A stretch of DNA of 64,000 bases. Source: a virus. The stretch lies in the UHGV virus genome UHGV-0036853, one strand, 5' to 3'. The notes beneath the pieces are model-generated. The model was not told the origin of the DNA and searched no databases. It worked only from the letters and a program-made list of their open reading frames with translations. Positions 60,075-64,000 of this stretch are shown here, in pieces (positions within the stretch are counted from its first letter, which is position 1; every line of letters begins with the position of its first letter). The translations under genes and the position numbers were made by a program.

Positions 60075-60470
60075 TTAAGCGAATACGCTTTCAGGGATTA
60101 AGGTGTCAGCAGGAATGCCGGAGGTAATACGCAGACCGTACTGACCAATCCAGGTGGTGCTGGTGTTCAGGCTGGAGGTGAATACGGAATTAACCATATT
60201 CATCATGGTTTCAAACACCTCTTCATCAACCTGGCGGAAGTAGTTCTCGATTTTCAGCAGCAGCGGGTCAGTTGCATCGAGAATGGACTGGTATTGAGTC
60301 GCGTACTCGCCGCCGGAGGCATCACCTTTACGCACGATCGTACTGGCCTGTACTTCGGCACCAGTTTCGGTGTTGTACGTAACAACGGTGATTTTTGCCA
60401 CATTCTTACCTTCGGCGGTTTCAGAGGCATAGTAAACATCAACTGTCAGTTTTTCGCGTTTAACGGTCAT
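60075..60470 (-). CDS. hypothetical protein
   Basis: 131 aa; RBS GGAGAG; class I motif at 60514-60530 upstream. Confidence 0.5.
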   Translation of the reverse strand: MTVKREKLTVDVYYASETAEGKNVAKITVVTYNTETGAEVQASTIVRKGDASGGEYATQYQSILDATDPLLLKIENYFRQVDEEVFETMMNMVNSVFTSSLNTSTTWIGQYGLRITSGIPADTLIPESVFA

Positions 60471-60534
60471 TTCACTCTCCGTAGTGTCTTGGTTATTTTT
60501 CTATTTTATAGTCGTAGGTATGTACTTACAATAC

Positions 60535-60561
60535 AAAAAAGCCCCGTAATGATGGCGGGGC
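60535..60561 (-). terminator. rho-independent terminator
   Basis: Hairpin gccccgtaatgatggcggggc with a T-run on the minus strand. Confidence 0.6.
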
Positions 60562-60596
60562 TGTCGTACTGTCGACTAATTACCACTTGCACATTA

Positions 60597-60908
60597 TCAG
60601 GCTATTGCCATCACTGATGCTCTCTGAATTTCTTGCTGGGCCACGCGGTTAACTTCCATCAAAGCCAGTTCGAGCTGATGTTCCGGCCACATTCTTTGAA
60701 ATGCCACCCAGCCTTTTCCACGCTGGCGACGAACATTCATTACATAACGAGTAAAGGTGTTTTTATCGAAAGACACCGCTGTTTCACGGAACAGACGAAT
60801 AGAGGTTCCATTGGCAACGATGTCCAGCAAAGTTAATTGAGCAACCAGCGCAGGCTTCTCTTTTCTCTTCTGGTCTTTGTCCAGACCAAGAACCAATGAT
60901 TTTTTCAT
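60597..60908 (-). CDS. hypothetical basic small protein
   Basis: Start set to MKKSL... with RBS GGAG; class II motif at 60915-60935. Confidence 0.45.
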   Translation of the reverse strand: MKKSLVLGLDKDQKRKEKPALVAQLTLLDIVANGTSIRLFRETAVSFDKNTFTRYVMNVRRQRGKGWVAFQRMWPEHQLELALMEVNRVAQQEIQRASVMAIA

Positions 60909-61062
60909 CACAACTCCGTAAACAACTTGTTTTCTCAATGGCGTAAATAATACCAGTGAGAAAACGGCTACAAAGCATATTGATCAGGTACATGAGCGAT
61001 ATGCAGGTTCTTCCCTGCGGCTACAGATGAAGTTAAGCCAGCATTGCTGGCTTTGGTTGGGT

Positions 61063-61392
61063 TTACTCGAATACTTCAAGAAACTCCTGAACATCCCAAT
61101 GCTGGACAAGGTGAAGATAGACCTTAGAAATCACGTCATTCTCGCTATCGCATGTGAAGTAGTACTTCTGGCTGCGGTTGTATGTGTCCACACAAAATTC
61201 GCTCATATCCATAAAGTCAGCATCTTCACCCATGTCGCAAATCATCAAAGCAGGTGCATCATCACGAGTCATCAGCTCAAGCACCCACCGCGAATTGATC
61301 AGAGTGGAAGACCAACCTTCTAACTCATAAAACTGATCAAACTCTTTTTGAGTCAATTTCTTGATTTGGTTGATGTCGATATGTGCAAACAT
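61063..61392 (-). CDS. hypothetical acidic small protein
   Basis: Start set to MFAHIDIN... with RBS AAGGA; class II motif at 61411-61445. Confidence 0.45.
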   Translation of the reverse strand: MFAHIDINQIKKLTQKEFDQFYELEGWSSTLINSRWVLELMTRDDAPALMICDMGEDADFMDMSEFCVDTYNRSQKYYFTCDSENDVISKVYLHLVQHWDVQEFLEVFE

Positions 61393-61780
61393 AAAGCAAT
61401 CCTTAAACAACATGTTTTCTTATTGGTGTTATTATCGCAATAACACACAGGCGAAAAAGGATTTTATTCCGGTGAATGTGGTTTTGGCAGTGAGTTTTCA
61501 GGTTCAGTACCGAGTACAATTTTTACATTATTCTGATTTAGTGGCCGAAGATGGCTGGTGGGCAGAATAATCCTCTCCCCGAAAACCTACTGAAATCGAT
61601 TGTGACCCGCTGGCTGTCTGGCACAATTACGCTGTAGCTGGGCATTCAGAGGGAATCCAGCGGTAAGTAAGTCCGCCTGCACGTGAGCGTCTCTCTCCTT
61701 CCCGCACATTACAGGTGGGCAGCCGCAACTCTCCCTCACGCTATACCGGTACGCCACCGTTCCTGAACCGGCATCGAACC

Positions 61781-61900
61781 TTTTCCCGAAATCCACACAG
61801 GCAACTCGACCGTTTCCCTGAAAACCTCCAGCCGTTCCCCGAAGGCAACCCAGCCGTTTCTGTAGCGGGATGCAGCCTTTTCCCTGTATGGACCGAAGGC
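61781..61900. repeat. degenerate ~22-bp tandem repeats CC(G/T)TTTCCC(T)GAA, about six copies
   Basis: ccttttcccgaaa, ccgtttccctgaaaa, ccgttccccgaagg, ccgtttctgtagcg, ccttttccctgtatg read directly. Confidence 0.5.
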
Positions 61901-62965
61901 TGACCGTAGGGGTGTTACGGGGGATAAAATCAGGAGTTGAATAAATACGAAAAAGGAGGCGACACCCCTCCTTCCCTCCCCACTTATACATACCTGGCTT
62001 CTTCGCTATACATGTTGTGTTTTATTCGTGTTTTATCTGTCTCAACCTCTCTATAGGCGTTAATGCTCACTCCTTCCAGAGCGTTCTATACGGCGACTAT
62101 TCCTGTTGGTGAATTGGGTGTGTTGTTCTCTCTGTCGGTGTAAATGGTTTCGTTCGTTTTGCGGTGGTTCTTCTGTGGGGGTGTTCTCGTCGTTTTGGTG
62201 ATTGTTCTTCTCCGTGTATGGAGTAATGGCAGGTGGGCGATTCCTTTCGTTATTGTGTTTGAGTTGTTTGTCTGGAGTGCGTGAAGGGCTTTTGTAGTTA
62301 TTCGTGTATTGGGTAATGGCGTTTCCCGTGATTGTTATGTTTCGTGTCTTTTGGGATTGAGAGAATCCTTGCGGTTACAGGCTTCGTTGGGTTTTCAGTG
62401 ATTCTGGTGTTCTTCGCTGTTTGGGGAATGGCGTGTCGTGGGTATCGCGCGTGTGAATGTTTTCGGATTGCCTGTGAAAGTTAGGTTGGTTGTCCGGTAG
62501 CCTGGGAAGAAGAGGTGGGTCTTTTCGGTGGCCTGCCATAAAGAGGTTGGTTGTTTTTGGGAATGGCATGTGTGTTATTTAGTTGTTTTGTTATGCCTGA
62601 AAATAAGTTGTTTATATGGTTGTGTAACGCAACGGGAGCGATTTTGAGCGTGTGTTTTTGTTGGTAGTGTGTTGAGTTGTCTGTGGTGAAAATTGGACGC
62701 TGTGGAGCTGTCTGCTGCGTAGGATTACGGGTATAAGAAGTGATGTGTGAAAACGTCAATTTTTTAGACCAAATCGGGTGAAAGCGTTGACGTTTCGTTG
62801 ATCTGTTATTCAGTTGTTTTCTTGTTTGTATAAACAACTATAACCTATTGATATTTAAGGATGTGATTGCAGGCATGGAAGGGGAGTAGTGGCGATCAAC
62901 GGATTCTTATAGAAAAGAATCAAATTGTGACCGCCATTATCAACGGTTTGAATATGTTTTCAGAT

Positions 62966-63265
62966 TTACCAGTTCCAGCACTCTAGCCCTTCAACGACTG
63001 GTGCACCACAATCAAAATGTACAGAGTCAAAGCCTACATCAAGTACCTTCTGAATGTTAGCAATCGCGCCTTCGGATATACCATATCGACGCAAGTTGTC
63101 TTTCCAGACATCATCCTGTAACCCGGCGTGGACAATACAACCGCCGTCAATTTGCGAAACCCAATCCAGCTCATTGCTTGCGATCATGAACCGGCGAGCA
63201 TCTTCCTCTGATGTATGAGATGAACTGATCAATGCCACCTGGTAGGCTTGGGTAATGTTCAACAT
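62966..63265 (-). CDS. hypothetical small protein
   Basis: Start set to first ATG (MLNITQ...) with RBS GGAG; class II motif copies at 63279-63310 and 63325-63345. Confidence 0.45.
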   Translation of the reverse strand: MLNITQAYQVALISSSHTSEEDARRFMIASNELDWVSQIDGGCIVHAGLQDDVWKDNLRRYGISEGAIANIQKVLDVGFDSVHFDCGAPVVEGLECWNW

Positions 63266-63381
63266 TTCAACCACTCCGAAACAATTTGTTTTCTTATATG
63301 GCTTATTATCTCAATTAACAAAAGTCAGAAAACAAATTGTTTTAGGCATATGTAAATCAGAAGGGATTGCGTCTATATGAA

Positions 63382-63406
63382 AATGCCCAGCGTGTTGCCG
63401 GGCATT
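63382..63406 (-). terminator. hairpin after the metG stop (probable metG terminator)
   Basis: aatgcccagcgtgttgccgggcatt immediately 3' of the metG stop on the minus strand. Confidence 0.5.
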
Positions 63407-63425
63407 GCGAACAGAGGTTGTTTAG

Positions 63426-64000
63426 TTACTTAACCTGGTGGCCTGGTTTAGCGCCAGCATCCGGGCTTAACAGGAAGATATCTTTCCCGCCAGGGCCAGC
63501 AGCCATCACCATGCCTTCGGAGATACCGAAGCGCATTTTACGCGGAGCCAGGTTAGCCACCATAATGGTGTGACGACCAATCAGTGCCTGTGGGTCTGGA
63601 TAAGCAGAACGGATGCCTGAGAAGACATTGCGTTTTTCACCACCGAGATCCAGTGTCAGACGCAACAGTTTGTCAGAACCTTCAACAAACTCCGCGTTTT
63701 CAATCAGCGCCACACGCAGGTCAACTTTGGCGAAGTCGTCAAAGGTGATGGTTTCCTGAATCGGGTCGTCAGCCAGTGGGCCAGTTACCGGTGCGGCTGT
63801 GGCTTTCACTTCTTCTTTGGATGCTTCCACCAGTGCTTCCACCTGTTTCATATCGATACGGTTATACAGTGCTTTGAACGGATTCACTTTATGGCTCAAC
63901 AGCGGTTGCTGAATACCATCCCAGGTCAGTTCTGTATTCAGGAATGCTTCTGCACGTTCAGTCAGTTTCGGCAGTACCGGTTTCAGGTAAGTCATCAGCA
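63426..64000 (-). CDS. metG: methionyl-tRNA synthetase, C-terminal portion (gene continues beyond the right edge)
   Basis: Translation ...[122 protein letters not shown] matches the E. coli MetG C-terminus as recalled. Confidence 0.85.
   Translation of the reverse strand, partial: LMTYLKPVLPKLTERAEAFLNTELTWDGIQQPLLSHKVNPFKALYNRIDMKQVEALVEASKEEVKATAAPVTGPLADDPIQETITFDDFAKVDLRVALIENAEFVEGSDKLLRLTLDLGGEKRNVFSGIRSAYPDPQALIGRHTIMVANLAPRKMRFGISEGMVMAAGPGGKDIFLLSPDAGAKPGHQVK

Noticed and set aside
61587-62837. Three minus-strand ORFs (61587-61991, 62375-62569, 62481-62837)
   Set aside because: They lie in the GT-skewed repeat region and give Pro/Arg/Gln-rich low-complexity peptides with no RBS; treated as non-coding.
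1-64000. Transposase or IS element and rRNA genes
   Set aside because: No ORF shows a DDE or other transposase signature and no rRNA-like sequence was seen; the integrase at 14100-15203 is the only recombinase-type mobility gene.

Overview
The window reads as a temperate, lambda-like siphovirus-type prophage or phage-plasmid-like element, mostly transcribed on the minus strand, that abuts the 3' end of the host metG gene at its right edge (63426-64000). All calls are from reading the sequence and ORF translations by eye; no searches were run. From left to right it carries: an SPFH lipoprotein pair; a replication/recombination block (RecA-like recombinase, FEN, gp32-like SSB, DnaE-type polymerase, CobS/CobT-like pair); an hdeA-hdeB acid-chaperone moron on the plus strand; an integrase module; an AT-rich HEPN-motif gene next to four phage tRNAs (Ser, Thr, Tyr, Asn); DNA ligase, primase and DnaB-like helicase; a ParA partition operon; a lysis cassette; lambda-like tail-tip genes (J, I, K, L, M) with a side tail fiber; capsid, portal and terminase genes. 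The tail tube and most of the tape-measure gene appear to be missing, so the element may be defective. The strongest candidates for an undescribed system are a tightly coupled operon just upstream of the terminase (two ParB-like proteins, an ABC-type ATPase, a GNAT-like protein, plus a small DNA-binding protein), an AT-rich island of seven unknown genes (54.4-57.7 kb), and a right-end array of small genes that share one palindromic promoter/operator motif and flank iteron-like and GT-skewed repeat regions. Two conserved intergenic motifs and a duplicated ~80-bp palindromic element recur across the window.
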